A stretch of DNA of 63,639 bases, counting the filler. It is 6 parts of 6 records of this genome, joined end to end, with 100 filler letters (N's around TTAATTAATTAA, not from the genome) between each part and the next. Parts side by side here need not be neighbours in the genome. Positions count along the whole stretch, not along the records: positions 36,563 to 46,404 come from DRR723986_3107; positions 46,505 to 56,268 come from DRR723986_3116; 4 more parts are not named here. One strand, 5' to 3'. The notes below the pieces were generated by a model. The model was not told where the DNA came from. It saw only the letters and a list, made by a program, of their open reading frames with translations, and did no database searches. Below, in pieces: positions 38,493-47,941 of the stretch (position 1 is the stretch's first letter; each line of letters starts with the position of its first letter). The translations under genes were made by a program, and so were the position numbers.

Positions 38493-39203
38493 TCAGGATT
38501 TCAGGTTATCCAAGCTCTTCTCTGGATGAAGGACATTCAGATCAACATCGCCGGAAATGCCTTTGATCGTGCCCCGGTCATGGTACTGCCAGAGCGACCA
38601 GTCTGACACATAGCCGGGGGAATGCCAGATCGACTGCGTCCAGAGACGGCGGTTCAGGCCCTTGCCTTTCAGATAGTCCAGATAGAAATCCTCCGGCACA
38701 TAAAGGATGACCTGCTTGCCGCGCCCCTGCTCGACCAGAGCAACGAAATCACTGATTTCCTGCAGCACTTCCTCGGCCGGCGGACGGCGCGCGCAGTTCC
38801 CGGTGAATTCCAGATCCACCACCGGTGCCAGCATGTCGCTGTCCTGCGGCAGAACCGACAGGAAGTTTTGCGCCTGCTCGCGGCCGGATTTGCACAAACT
38901 GAAGAAATGATAGGCACCACGCGCCAGACCCGCGCCTCCTGCTCCGGCCCAGTTGCGGGCAAAGGCGCGGTCCTTGAAGTCTCCGCCCTCGGTTGCCTTC
39001 ATGTAGACGAAGGCAATATCGTCCGCCGCCACCTGCGCCCAGTCGATATCACCCTGGTGGTGCGAAATATCGATGCCGCGGATCGTGTATTGGTTCCGGT
39101 CAGGCTCCCAGTTCATGAAGAAAAACGCCGCTCCGACAATCGAAATCACCCCGCCGACGGCAACGTAGAACAATGTCCGCAGGACCGCTTGCAAGAAATT
39201 CAT
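38493..39203 (-). CDS. GH25 family muramidase with N-terminal membrane anchor
   Basis: GIDISHHQGDIDW, YMKATEG, GAYHFF, PVVDLE, LWQY, VDLN; hydrophobic N-terminal segment. Confidence 0.93.
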   Translation of the reverse strand: MNFLQAVLRTLFYVAVGGVISIVGAAFFFMNWEPDRNQYTIRGIDISHHQGDIDWAQVAADDIAFVYMKATEGGDFKDRAFARNWAGAGGAGLARGAYHFFSLCKSGREQAQNFLSVLPQDSDMLAPVVDLEFTGNCARRPPAEEVLQEISDFVALVEQGRGKQVILYVPEDFYLDYLKGKGLNRRLWTQSIWHSPGYVSDWSLWQYHDRGTIKGISGDVDLNVLHPEKSLDNLKS

Positions 39204-39259
39204 TGCGCCACCTGTTATGACTTTCAAACGCCGTCACCCTGCCGCAAAACTGTTAAGAA

Positions 39260-39682
39260 TCACGATAGGTAATTCGGCCAGAGCGGGGCTGCCGCCAACT
39301 CCAGGACATTGCCGTCCGGGTCGTTGAAATAAAGGCTGGTGCCACCTGCCGGCCATACGACCTCGCTGACAATTTCCACTCCCACCTCGCCCAGGTAAGC
39401 CCGCCAGGGTTCCAGTTGGTCGGACCCAATGCGAAACGCGAAATGACTGTGCCCCGACGTATCGTGCCCGGGAACGATACCTCCCGGCGTCTCAACGTCC
39501 TCCCCGGTATGGCCGCGATGAAACACCAGAAGCGCCTGCGCGGGGCCGGCATCATAGGCAAACAGCCTTTCTCCAGCGACCATGCGCTTCAGTCCCAGGA
39601 TTTCGGAATAAAAGGAGTGAGCCGTCTCCATGTCGTCGACATAAACGGCGGTTTCCAGGATGCCATCGAGCTTCGGCCGCAT
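39260..39682 (-). CDS. VOC / glyoxalase family protein
   Basis: ILETAVYVDD...FY..ILGL, HFAF, SLYFNDPDGNVLEL. Confidence 0.92.
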   Translation of the reverse strand: MRPKLDGILETAVYVDDMETAHSFYSEILGLKRMVAGERLFAYDAGPAQALLVFHRGHTGEDVETPGGIVPGHDTSGHSHFAFRIGSDQLEPWRAYLGEVGVEIVSEVVWPAGGTSLYFNDPDGNVLELAAAPLWPNYLS

Positions 39683-39840
39683 GTTCTTAATTCTCCGCGT
39701 GAGACAGGTCGGCCCTTCTTAACACCCATCCGCCGGGAATTTCAGGTTACCCGGCAAGGTTTTCTTTCAAATCGCCATCGCCAATTGGAATTGTCGTGTG
39801 GCGGCTGCATTCCGCACGGAGCTTATCGCCCGTGATTGCG

Positions 39841-40125
39841 TCAAATCGGGAAGTTCCGTGCGTGCATGACCGGCTTGAATTCCGTTACGGTATATTCCGC
39901 AACGCCCGCCGACTTGAACGGGTCCTTGTTGATCGCCAGGTCAACTTCGACACGGTCTGCTGCGCGCGCCAGGATCACACCGCCGGTTCGTGGCTGTTTC
40001 GGACCGGAGGCCAGGAACAGACCGGCCTCATAATGATCCCGCAGGAAGGACCTGTGTTCTTCTGCCAGAGCGTCTATTTCCCGCAGATCAGCAGTGTAGT
40101 GAAGATCGATAACAAAGAGGCTCAC
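39841..40125 (-). CDS. YciI family protein
   Basis: H..FL..HY..G.FLASGPK.PRTGGVILA, DPF; GTG start inferred. Confidence 0.9.
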   Translation of the reverse strand: MSLFVIDLHYTADLREIDALAEEHRSFLRDHYEAGLFLASGPKQPRTGGVILARAADRVEVDLAINKDPFKSAGVAEYTVTEFKPVMHARNFPI

Positions 40126-40201
40126 GAAAGCTCCTTTCCACCAACAGAAGCCCAAAAAGAGGTCCGGCTCGACCACAAAAGGTCGAACCGGACAATCTGT
40201 G

Positions 40202-40627
40202 TCAGACGACAGTCAGCTTGACGTCAATGTTGTTCCGGGTGGCGTTTGAATAGGGGCAAACCTGGTGTGCCTTGGCAACGAGCTCTTCAGCTACAGCCTT
40301 GTCCAAACCCGGCAGGGACACTTCCAGCGCGACCGCCAGACCGAACCCGCCTTCCGAGCGCGGCCCGATGCCAACCGTCGAGGTGATGGACGTATCAGCC
40401 GGGACTGCAATTTTTTCCTGCCCGCCGACGAATTTCATCGCGCCAATAAAGCAGGCTGCATATCCGGCTGCGAACAGCTCTTCCGGGTTATTGCCTTCGC
40501 CGCCTGCGCCGCCGAGTTCCTTCGGCGTCGCCAGCTTGACCTTGAAGGATCCGCTCAACGTTTCCGCCGCACCATCGCGGCCGCCGGTGGCCTTTGCCTT
40601 GGTTTCATATTTCACATCAACAGCCAT
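40202..40627 (-). CDS. ohr: Organic hydroperoxide resistance protein
   Basis: ATGGRDG, NPEELFAAGYAACF, AHQVCPYSNATR. Confidence 0.97.
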   Translation of the reverse strand: MAVDVKYETKAKATGGRDGAAETLSGSFKVKLATPKELGGAGGEGNNPEELFAAGYAACFIGAMKFVGGQEKIAVPADTSITSTVGIGPRSEGGFGLAVALEVSLPGLDKAVAEELVAKAHQVCPYSNATRNNIDVKLTVV

Positions 40628-40681
40628 CTGCAGGCTCCTTTTCTCAAATAGCAAGTCACTCAGCTTTATATATCGTATAAG

Positions 40682-40766
40682 TTTAAATCGCACACGATAT
40701 AAATTACTCACATATACACACGCTTCCAATTCGTCAACAGTTGCGACCATATCGCGCGCGATTTAT
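40682..40766. promoter_or_regulatory. Two palindromic putative OhrR operators in the ohr/ohrR divergent promoter
   Basis: TTTAAATCG-CACA-CGATATAAA (40682-40703) and ATATCG-CGCG-CGATTT (40749-40764) share ATCG-N4-CGAT with AT-rich flanks. Confidence 0.7.
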
Positions 40767-40775
40767 AAGGGGCGA

Positions 40776-41579
40776 ATGAGCGAGACCACAAACCAGATGT
40801 CCCTGCTGGACGCGATTGGATTTTCCGCGCCGGAAGCGACTGAAAAACAAAAAAAAGACAAGCCGGCAAAAGCCGAAAAGTCTGAGAAGAAACAGCGCAA
40901 GAAGGCCGCTGCCAAGCCTGAGGCGGAAGCGGCTTCCGGCGCTGAAAGCAATGACACACGCGAAGCGGAAATTGACGTTGCCGTCGCCGAGACGCCTGTC
41001 AGCCAAGAGATAGCTGATACCGGGGAGACGCCTGACGTTTCTGCGGAAACGCAGGCTGGCGAAGATGCCGGCACCGAGCAGGCTGCATCCGCTGCCGATG
41101 ACCCTGCGAGCGACCAGGACGACGACAGTCAGAAAATCCATGATGGCAGCTTGCCGCTCGACCGGCACTTGTGTTTTGCACTGTATTCCGCCAACCACGC
41201 GATGCACGGCGTCTACAAGGCGTTGCTCAAGGAAGTCGGGCTCACCTACCCGCAGTTCCTGGCCATGACGGTGCTCTGGGAAACCAACAACGTTCCGGTC
41301 GGTGCAATCACGTCCAAGCTGCAGCTCGACACCAACACGCTGACGCCACTGTTAAAGCGGCTTGAAGCCATGGGGCTGGTCACGCGGACACGCAACATCA
41401 AGGACGAGCGCCAGGTTATCCTGAAACTGACCCGCAAAGGCCGCGCCTTGCAAAAGAAGACGGAACATTTCAGCACCTGCATCATGTCTTCGACCGGACT
41501 GAAACTGGAAGAAGTCATCGACCTTCAGGCAAAGGTCATGACGCTTCGGGACAATTTGCGTAAAGCTGGCCTGGAGTGA
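40776..41579 (+). CDS. ohrR: OhrR-type MarR regulator with a long low-complexity N-terminal extension
   Basis: LDRHLCFALYS (sensing Cys), GLTYPQFL, TLTPLLKRLE, DERQV; divergent from ohr. Confidence 0.9.
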   Translation: MSETTNQMSLLDAIGFSAPEATEKQKKDKPAKAEKSEKKQRKKAAAKPEAEAASGAESNDTREAEIDVAVAETPVSQEIADTGETPDVSAETQAGEDAGTEQAASAADDPASDQDDDSQKIHDGSLPLDRHLCFALYSANHAMHGVYKALLKEVGLTYPQFLAMTVLWETNNVPVGAITSKLQLDTNTLTPLLKRLEAMGLVTRTRNIKDERQVILKLTRKGRALQKKTEHFSTCIMSSTGLKLEEVIDLQAKVMTLRDNLRKAGLE

Positions 41580-41616
41580 TACCTGGCATTGAGCAGCGGA
41601 TAAAATAAGTAGCCAT

Positions 41617-41671
41617 CAAACAGGCTCCGGGAGTTTGCTGCACCAGCACAAATCTCGGGGCCTTTTGTTTT
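41617..41671 (+). terminator. Probable terminator after ohrR
   Basis: AGGCTCCGGGA...TCTCGGGGCCT stem followed by TTTGTTTT. Confidence 0.7.
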
Positions 41672-41893
41672 GGCAATAATGGGTCTGCGTGACCTTTTGC
41701 AGCGCAGCTCAAGTCTTTGTCGGCCAGCATTCCCCTCCATGGCGTCGTGTTTGTTGAATTCGACAACAAAACTTTCGACAGGAAGCAGCCATAGTCCAGG
41801 CATGGCCTGCCCGCCGAACCTTTGAACCAGGGTTTTCCACTTCGCGTCAGGTGCGTTTGCCTTTAGTGACCCACCTTCACGACCTCCGCGGCA

Positions 41894-42487
41894 TCATTTT
41901 TCCGTCAGCAATGCCTGCCGCAGTGTCCTCGTCAGGACGGCTTCCGCCTCGCCCTCGTCCCAGCCGCAGTCCTGTGTCAACAGACCCCAGGCCTGCACAC
42001 TGAACGACGCCCAGAGAAATTCTGAAGCCGACTTCGCTGTCCAGATGGATTGCAGCGCACCGTCACGTTCCAGCGATCCGGTCAACACAAGCAACCATTG
42101 CCTCAGTTCCGACATCCGGTCTTCCCACGCCGCCGATGCGTCTGCATCGGTCGTTCGCAGGCGGATAAGATCCGAGGCAACCGGGTAGATTTCCTTCACG
42201 AAGCCGATCCAGACGGCAATAGTAGCATTCAGCCGTTCATGCGGCTGTGGCCTGTCAAAGGCTGCAAACAGTTTCGCCCGTATGTCGAGACGTTCATCAG
42301 CCCGCCGGACGAGCGCCAGGATCAGCCCCCCACGCGAACTAAAGTGATCGTAGACGGACTGCCGGCTGATTTTTGCGGCCTTGGCGATTTCCGCCAGCGA
42401 CACGTCCGCTCCCCGCTGCGAGATGAGCGTCCAGGCACTATCGAGAATTTCCGCGCGCGTGTGGTGTACCCTAGCTTGACTTGACAC
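41894..42487 (-). CDS. TetR/AcrR family regulator
   Basis: TRAEILDSAW.LI...G..VSLAEIAKAAKISRQSVYDHF.SRGGL HTH; GTG start inferred at 42487. Confidence 0.92.
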   Translation of the reverse strand: MSSQARVHHTRAEILDSAWTLISQRGADVSLAEIAKAAKISRQSVYDHFSSRGGLILALVRRADERLDIRAKLFAAFDRPQPHERLNATIAVWIGFVKEIYPVASDLIRLRTTDADASAAWEDRMSELRQWLLVLTGSLERDGALQSIWTAKSASEFLWASFSVQAWGLLTQDCGWDEGEAEAVLTRTLRQALLTEK

Positions 42488-42520
42488 GTGTAAACTTTCC
42501 TGCAATTTGACACGTGTAAA
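42481..42520. promoter_or_regulatory. Two identical near-palindromic TetR operators
   Basis: TTGACACGTGTAAA at 42481-42494 and 42507-42520, between the divergent TetR and DUF1330 genes. Confidence 0.85.
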
Positions 42521-42536
42521 GTTATGGAGAAGCCTC

Positions 42537-42977
42537 ATGGACGTCAAGCAACAGTCAGCTCAATTCGTAACCTGGTACGGCCCGGGAACCGACGGCACCA
42601 GCCCGACGGAAAGCCAATGGACGCAGATCCTCAGCCGGGCGAACGACAAACCCGTAACCCTGATCAATTTCTTCAAGCTGAATGCCGCCGCGACATATGC
42701 GGACGGAACGACGGGCCAGACGGGCCAGGAAGCCTTTGCCAGTTATGCGGCTGCAAGCATGCCGGCCATGGAGCGGGCTGGAGGACGGTTCCTTTATGTC
42801 GGACCGTTTCAGGGCATGTTCCTGGGGCAGGACGAGGATTGGGATCTGGTCGCTATCGGCGCCTATCCCGATTTAACCGCGTTGGTCGCACTCTATTCGG
42901 ACAGCGCCTATCGCGAGGCTTTCCATCACCGCACGGCCGCGTGTCTGCGACAGAAGGTTCTGGTATGCGGTGACTGA
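42537..42977 (+). CDS. DUF1330 domain protein
   Basis: PVTLINFFK...A.Y....TGQEAF..Y......GG...Y.G......EDWD.V....YP; GGAGA upstream. Confidence 0.8.
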   Translation: MDVKQQSAQFVTWYGPGTDGTSPTESQWTQILSRANDKPVTLINFFKLNAAATYADGTTGQTGQEAFASYAAASMPAMERAGGRFLYVGPFQGMFLGQDEDWDLVAIGAYPDLTALVALYSDSAYREAFHHRTAACLRQKVLVCGD

Positions 42978-43005
42978 CCATTAAACGAGGCCTGCCGATT
43001 GGAGG

Positions 43006-44421
43006 CTAGAACGGCAGGCCGAACCAAAGCGCCGCGATGCCGAGAAAGGCGAAGAAACCGACCACATCTGTCACCGTCGTCACAAAGACGCTTGAGGCAA
43101 TCGCCGGATCGACGTTCATCTTGTCGAGCGCGATCGGGATCAGAAGGCCGGAGAGACCTGCGAACAGCAGATTGATCACGATCGCACCACCAATCACCAC
43201 GCCGAGCCCCGGACTGCCAAACCACATCCAGGCGGTCACCCCGATGAGGATGGCCAGGGCAACGCCATTGAACACACTCACCAGGATTTCACGGTTGAGA
43301 ACGCGCAAAAGATTGCGTGCACCCAGTTCCTGGGTGGCAATACCACGCACGGCAACGGTCATCGTCTGGGTGCCGGCGTTGCCCCCCATGGAAGCGACGA
43401 TCGGCATCAGCACCGCCAGCGCCACCATGGCCTCGATCGTGTCCTCGAACAGCGCAATCACCACCGAGGCAAGCACGGCAGTGCCAAGGTTGACGACCAG
43501 CCAGGTCAGCCGCGAGCGCGCAATGGTCATCACATTATCGGAAATCTCTTCGTCACCGACACCGGCCAGGGCACGCAGGTCTTCTTCCGCTTCTTCCTGG
43601 ATGACGTCAACGATGTCATCAACCGTCAGAACACCGACCAGACGGTCATTCTCGTCCACAACGGCGGATGAAACGAGGTTGTATCGCTCAAACCGGCGGG
43701 CGACCTCTTCCTGATCTTCCGTCGCGAGCACCGCCTGGCGGGTCTCCTCCATGATGGAAGTGACCTTCTCGTCACGCTTGGTGCGCAGGATCTTGTCCAG
43801 GTGAACGGACCCGAGCAGTTTGAACGTCGGATCGACCACGTAAATTTCGTAGAAGCTGTCCGGAAGATCGCGGGCCTCGCGCATGTAGTCGATCGTCTGA
43901 CCGATGGTCCAGAACGGGGCAACCGCAATGAATTCGGTCTGCATGCGCCGGCCGGCGCTTTCTTCCGGATAATCCAGAGCCTTTTGCAGCTGGGCCCTGT
44001 CCGCATAAGGCAGCTCTTCCAGAATTGCAGCCTGGTCGTCCTCATCGAGGTCTTCCAGAATGTAGACCGCATCATCCGAATCGAGCTCGCCCAGACCTTC
44101 GGCAATGACTTCCGTCGGCAGGTCTTCCAGAACCTGCAGACGCACCGCCTCGTCGATCTCGGTCAGCGCGGTATAGTCGAAGTCCTCGCCCAGAAGCCGG
44201 ATGAAGGACGCCCGATCCTCCGGATCCAGCGTCTCGAGAAGGTCACCGGTGTCAGCTTCGTGAAGATCGGCGGCAAGGTGCCTCAGGCCATCCTGATCGT
44301 TCGCCTCGATTGCTGCTTCAACAGCCGCAATGAACTCGCGATTGAGATGCTCATCCTCGTCGCGCACCGGAATGTCGGGAACGGGAGAGGCGGTGACATC
44401 AAGCTCGGATGCTTCACTCAT
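43006..44421 (-). CDS. mgtE: Magnesium transporter MgtE
   Basis: Acidic MgtE_N domain, YPEESAGRRM, CBS pair, MGGNAGTQ, DPAIASSVFVTTVTDVVG. Confidence 0.97.
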   Translation of the reverse strand: MSEASELDVTASPVPDIPVRDEDEHLNREFIAAVEAAIEANDQDGLRHLAADLHEADTGDLLETLDPEDRASFIRLLGEDFDYTALTEIDEAVRLQVLEDLPTEVIAEGLGELDSDDAVYILEDLDEDDQAAILEELPYADRAQLQKALDYPEESAGRRMQTEFIAVAPFWTIGQTIDYMREARDLPDSFYEIYVVDPTFKLLGSVHLDKILRTKRDEKVTSIMEETRQAVLATEDQEEVARRFERYNLVSSAVVDENDRLVGVLTVDDIVDVIQEEAEEDLRALAGVGDEEISDNVMTIARSRLTWLVVNLGTAVLASVVIALFEDTIEAMVALAVLMPIVASMGGNAGTQTMTVAVRGIATQELGARNLLRVLNREILVSVFNGVALAILIGVTAWMWFGSPGLGVVIGGAIVINLLFAGLSGLLIPIALDKMNVDPAIASSVFVTTVTDVVGFFAFLGIAALWFGLPF

Positions 44422-44595
44422 CTGGCGCCTCCCCTCAAAACGCAACGAACTCTTCCGGCGAAAGGCACCGGACACTCCTCACCAGATCTAGCGTTTGCGG
44501 CGGCAAAGCGCCACCGGAAAAGCGAAACCGGTCCACAGACTTAACTCCGAAATACCGGTCTGGTTCAAAAGCCTGCCAACTTTCCTTGAAGTCCT

Positions 44596-44952
44596 TCAAC
44601 GCCTCTCGGGGCCGCTGCACCCCTTGTCCGCTGCAACGCTTCGCAAGTGATCGAGATAGTCACGCGTATCCTGTGGCAGAATGGCCTCGTCATCGGATAT
44701 GCATCGCTCCGCACGGCGGAATGCGCGGCGTGCTCTTTCGCTGGCAAGACACACTCTGCCCGCAGCCAGCACCTCCTGCTCTACATACCAAAGCTGCTGG
44801 CACGTCATCGCGCCAAACCTGCCCGGATCAACGGCAGGATAAACGGAAAGTGACTGCGCGAAAGCCGCCGGCGACACAAATGCAAGTGCCAGCCACACGA
44901 GAACGAACCTGCTCCGGAGGGCTTTCAGTCGCTCCGGAATGCCCTGTCTCAC
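44596..44952 (-). CDS. Small exported four-Cys protein, divergent YARHG-like
   Basis: Signal peptide ending AFA; C.QLWY....V.A..RVC....RA.RAF....C...KGC resembles alphaproteobacterial YARHG-domain proteins. Start uncertain. Confidence 0.6.
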   Translation of the reverse strand: MRQGIPERLKALRSRFVLVWLALAFVSPAAFAQSLSVYPAVDPGRFGAMTCQQLWYVEQEVLAAGRVCLASERARRAFRRAERCISDDEAILPQDTRDYLDHLRSVAADKGCSGPERR

Positions 44953-44956
44953 ACTT

Positions 44957-45445
44957 TCACGCATGGGCGGGAAGCTGCCGATTGGCTGGCGCTGTGTCCG
45001 ACGTGAGCGCGAGCGCATAGAGCAGCGCAAGCGTGACCCCATAGCGAAACGATGAATAGAGACTGCCGGCCAAGACCATGAGCAGCGTGCTGTTCGGCAT
45101 TGCGGGAAGGACGTAGGTAAAAAACAGGATTGCCGAGACGGCAGTCAAGGCGACGCAGACCAGATACGCTTTCCAGGCAATCAGCGGACGAAACACCACA
45201 AGAAACAGCACGACGATCATCGCAGCCCCTTCCGCGCTCGTCACGAGAAGTTTCCAGAGCCCCGGCTCGCTCAAGAGACGCGACAAGAAGCTGCCCCAAA
45301 AGGCGCCACTCGGCACAGTGACAAGCCAGAAATCCTTTACGGCGTAAATTTCGGGGAACAGCTGTATCAGCAACAGGCAGATGACGAGCGTCAGAATCAT
45401 GCCGCGGATCACCCAGCGCCAATCCGGCCTTGCGGTATCAGACAT
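44957..45445 (-). CDS. Hypothetical multi-pass membrane protein
   Basis: Four to five hydrophobic segments; GGGAGG upstream of ATG 45445. Confidence 0.7.
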   Translation of the reverse strand: MSDTARPDWRWVIRGMILTLVICLLLIQLFPEIYAVKDFWLVTVPSGAFWGSFLSRLLSEPGLWKLLVTSAEGAAMIVVLFLVVFRPLIAWKAYLVCVALTAVSAILFFTYVLPAMPNSTLLMVLAGSLYSSFRYGVTLALLYALALTSDTAPANRQLPAHA

Positions 45446-45556
45446 GTCATCCCTCCCGTGTCTTCTCAATGACGGACAACAACACGACAAAGCGTCATCA
45501 AGTGCGCTTCAGAACCGCTTCCACAGCCAGTGCGGACACTCGCCGCAAAGGCCGCA

Positions 45557-46180
45557 TCACTCGACCTCGCACTCCGGCGGCCGCGTATCCATGGTCCAAT
45601 CCTGTACCGGCAAGGCACCGAGTGAAGTCTTGAAGTTCTTCCCGTTCAGGACTCCCTTGCCCGTCAGAAGGTTGACGTCACACTGCCCGTTCGCATCCGG
45701 ATCCAGCGTATCGTAGTAGGAATAGGTGTAGCCGGCGACCCGGAAGACGCCGTTGCGATAGGCAATGGTCAGGATCTGTTCCCAACGGTTGCGTCCGACA
45801 GCCGAATTTTCCGAATAGATTTTCAACGAACCGTGTTCGTTTGCTTCCATCCAGGGCTCCTGGCCATACATGCCGCCACGCCACACCATGTCTTTCGCAT
45901 GGGCAACCTGTTTCCAGCCCTCGCCTGCGTCCGTAAAGACGTAGAGATCGCCGCCTTCTTCCGTTTCGACGAGGATTGCGCGAAAGCGATTGATGTCGCC
46001 GTCGACGGGAGACGTCACCGCACCGGCAATGGCGCCGGCCGGAACCATTGCCTCCTGCACTTTCTCTTGTTCTTGCGCCTGAAGCGGACCTGCCAGCAAG
46101 CTCAGGGTCATCATTGCGGCACAGGACGAAGTACTGATGGAACGGAAATTGAACACGTGCGGCTTCCTTCGATTTCGCAT
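45557..46180 (-). CDS. Hypothetical exported protein
   Basis: Signal-like segment ending LQA; C-terminal RWEQILTIAYR....VAGYTYSYYDT.....CDVNLLTGKG. Start uncertain. Confidence 0.75.
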   Translation of the reverse strand: MRNRRKPHVFNFRSISTSSCAAMMTLSLLAGPLQAQEQEKVQEAMVPAGAIAGAVTSPVDGDINRFRAILVETEEGGDLYVFTDAGEGWKQVAHAKDMVWRGGMYGQEPWMEANEHGSLKIYSENSAVGRNRWEQILTIAYRNGVFRVAGYTYSYYDTLDPDANGQCDVNLLTGKGVLNGKNFKTSLGALPVQDWTMDTRPPECEVE

Positions 46181-46315
46181 GAATGTGCCGGACCGGTTTT
46201 TGCCAGTAGCCCGCTGAGGCTGTTCCATGCAGAAAAGCACATCGCAACAAACCCAAAAAGCCGGTATCTGAATTTTCCCAGAGCAATCAGGTATTTTGCA
46301 GGCAGTGCGGAAAAG

Positions 46316-46346
46316 CAAAAAGGCCGCCCGGAGGGGCAGCCTTTTG
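46316..46346 (-). terminator. Rho-independent terminator downstream of the tRNA
   Basis: Minus strand CAAAAGGCTGCCC-ctcc-GGGCGGCCTTTTTG, followed by CTTTT. Confidence 0.8.
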
Positions 46347-46375
46347 AGGAAGCATCGGTAGAAATGCTTCGAATA

Positions 46376-46404
46376 TGGTGCGGTCGAGAAGACTCGAACT
46401 TCCA
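46376..46404 (-). tRNA. tRNA 3' end (T-arm, acceptor strand, CCA), probably tRNA-Leu; cut by the linker
   Basis: Minus strand TGGAAGTTCGAGTCTTCTCGACCGCACCA contains the GTTCGA T-loop and encoded CCA. Leu is recalled from similar rhizobial tRNAs; the anticodon is not in the window. Confidence 0.85.
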
Positions 46405-46504
46405 NNNNNNNNNNNNNNNNNNNNNNNNNNNNNNNNNNNNNNNNNNNNTTAATTAATTAANNNNNNNNNNNNNNNNNNNNNNNNNNNNNNNNNNNNNNNN
46501 NNNN
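46405..46504. other. Artificial contig linker
   Basis: N44-TTAATTAATTAA-N44. Confidence 0.99.
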
Positions 46505-46973
<469 letters not shown>

Positions 46974-47092
46974 TCCGGCAAAGAGCCGCCGCTTTGCGCG
47001 GCTGGATCTGCACCATTTGAAAAACGCATATCCTCGGCTAGCTTGGGGGGAAGGGCCACGGCCCTGCCCTTTTGACTGACCGAGGAACTTTT

Positions 47093-47809
47093 ATGTCCGG
47101 CCCTATGCGCCCCGCCTTTGCCCTGCTGGCTGTTCTGCTGAGCCTGTCTTTTGCCGCATCTCCGTTTTTCGTGGAGGGGTTTGGCGGGTTTGATCCCAAC
47201 CAGTTTCCGGTGCCCCAAGACAATCCCCCGGTGCAGCCAGCCGGCTATGCCTTCGGGATCTGGGGGCTGATTTACGTCTGGTTGATACTTGGTATGGGCT
47301 GGGGCGCATTGCGGGCGTTGCGGGACGGGCAATGGCATGACATGCGCGTGCCGCTGTGCCTGTCACTTGCCTTTGGCACTGGCTGGCTTTCGGTGGCGGT
47401 GGCGAGCCCCGTTTGGGCCGCGGTGTTGATCTGGGCTATGCTTCTGACGGCCCTGGCGGCGCTGTTCATGGCACCGGTCGGGGATCGGGTCTGGGCGGCA
47501 TGGCCGGTCGGGCTTTATGCCGGGTGGCTCAGCGCGGCGTCTTGTGTGTCGCTGGGTCTTTTGGCCGCCGGATATGGCTGGTTGGATCAGACCACGGCGG
47601 CGCTGGTCTTTGTCGGGCTTGCCATTGTGCTGGGCGGGTTTGTGCAGGGCGCATTGGGCCGTGCGCCGACCTATGGCGCGGCGGTGATCTGGGCGTTGGT
47701 GGCGGTGGTTGTGAACAACCTGGAGACTGCGCCGATGGTGGCCTATGTCGCGGGGGGCGGCGCATTGGCGATGGTTGTTCCAACGTTGAAAGCCTTGATG
47801 CGCGGCTGA
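47093..47809 (+). CDS. Multi-pass Trp-rich membrane protein (TspO/MBR-related)
   Basis: PVQPAGYAFGIWGLIY and GLYAGWLSAA motifs; many hydrophobic helices. Family assignment is tentative. Confidence 0.7.
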   Translation: MSGPMRPAFALLAVLLSLSFAASPFFVEGFGGFDPNQFPVPQDNPPVQPAGYAFGIWGLIYVWLILGMGWGALRALRDGQWHDMRVPLCLSLAFGTGWLSVAVASPVWAAVLIWAMLLTALAALFMAPVGDRVWAAWPVGLYAGWLSAASCVSLGLLAAGYGWLDQTTAALVFVGLAIVLGGFVQGALGRAPTYGAAVIWALVAVVVNNLETAPMVAYVAGGGALAMVVPTLKALMRG

Positions 47810-47941
47810 AGGGCGCCGGACATTTCGAAATTTCCAAACCAAACCCTTTGAAGAGTTTGAGTGTTTACCGCGAAATCAACGAGCGTGCGTTTTCTTGAAA
47901 GAAAACGGGCCGGACTTTTGCAAAAGTCCGACCCGCGCTCT

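Noticed and set aside
38493-39203. Prophage suggested by the lysozyme gene
   Set aside because: No other phage genes on the contig.
44422-44595. Possible att site of a tRNA-integrated element, or an Mg2+ riboswitch in the mgtE leader
   Set aside because: No copy of the tRNA 3' end and no integrase; only short hairpins and no M-box pattern that I can recognise. An Rfam search would settle it.
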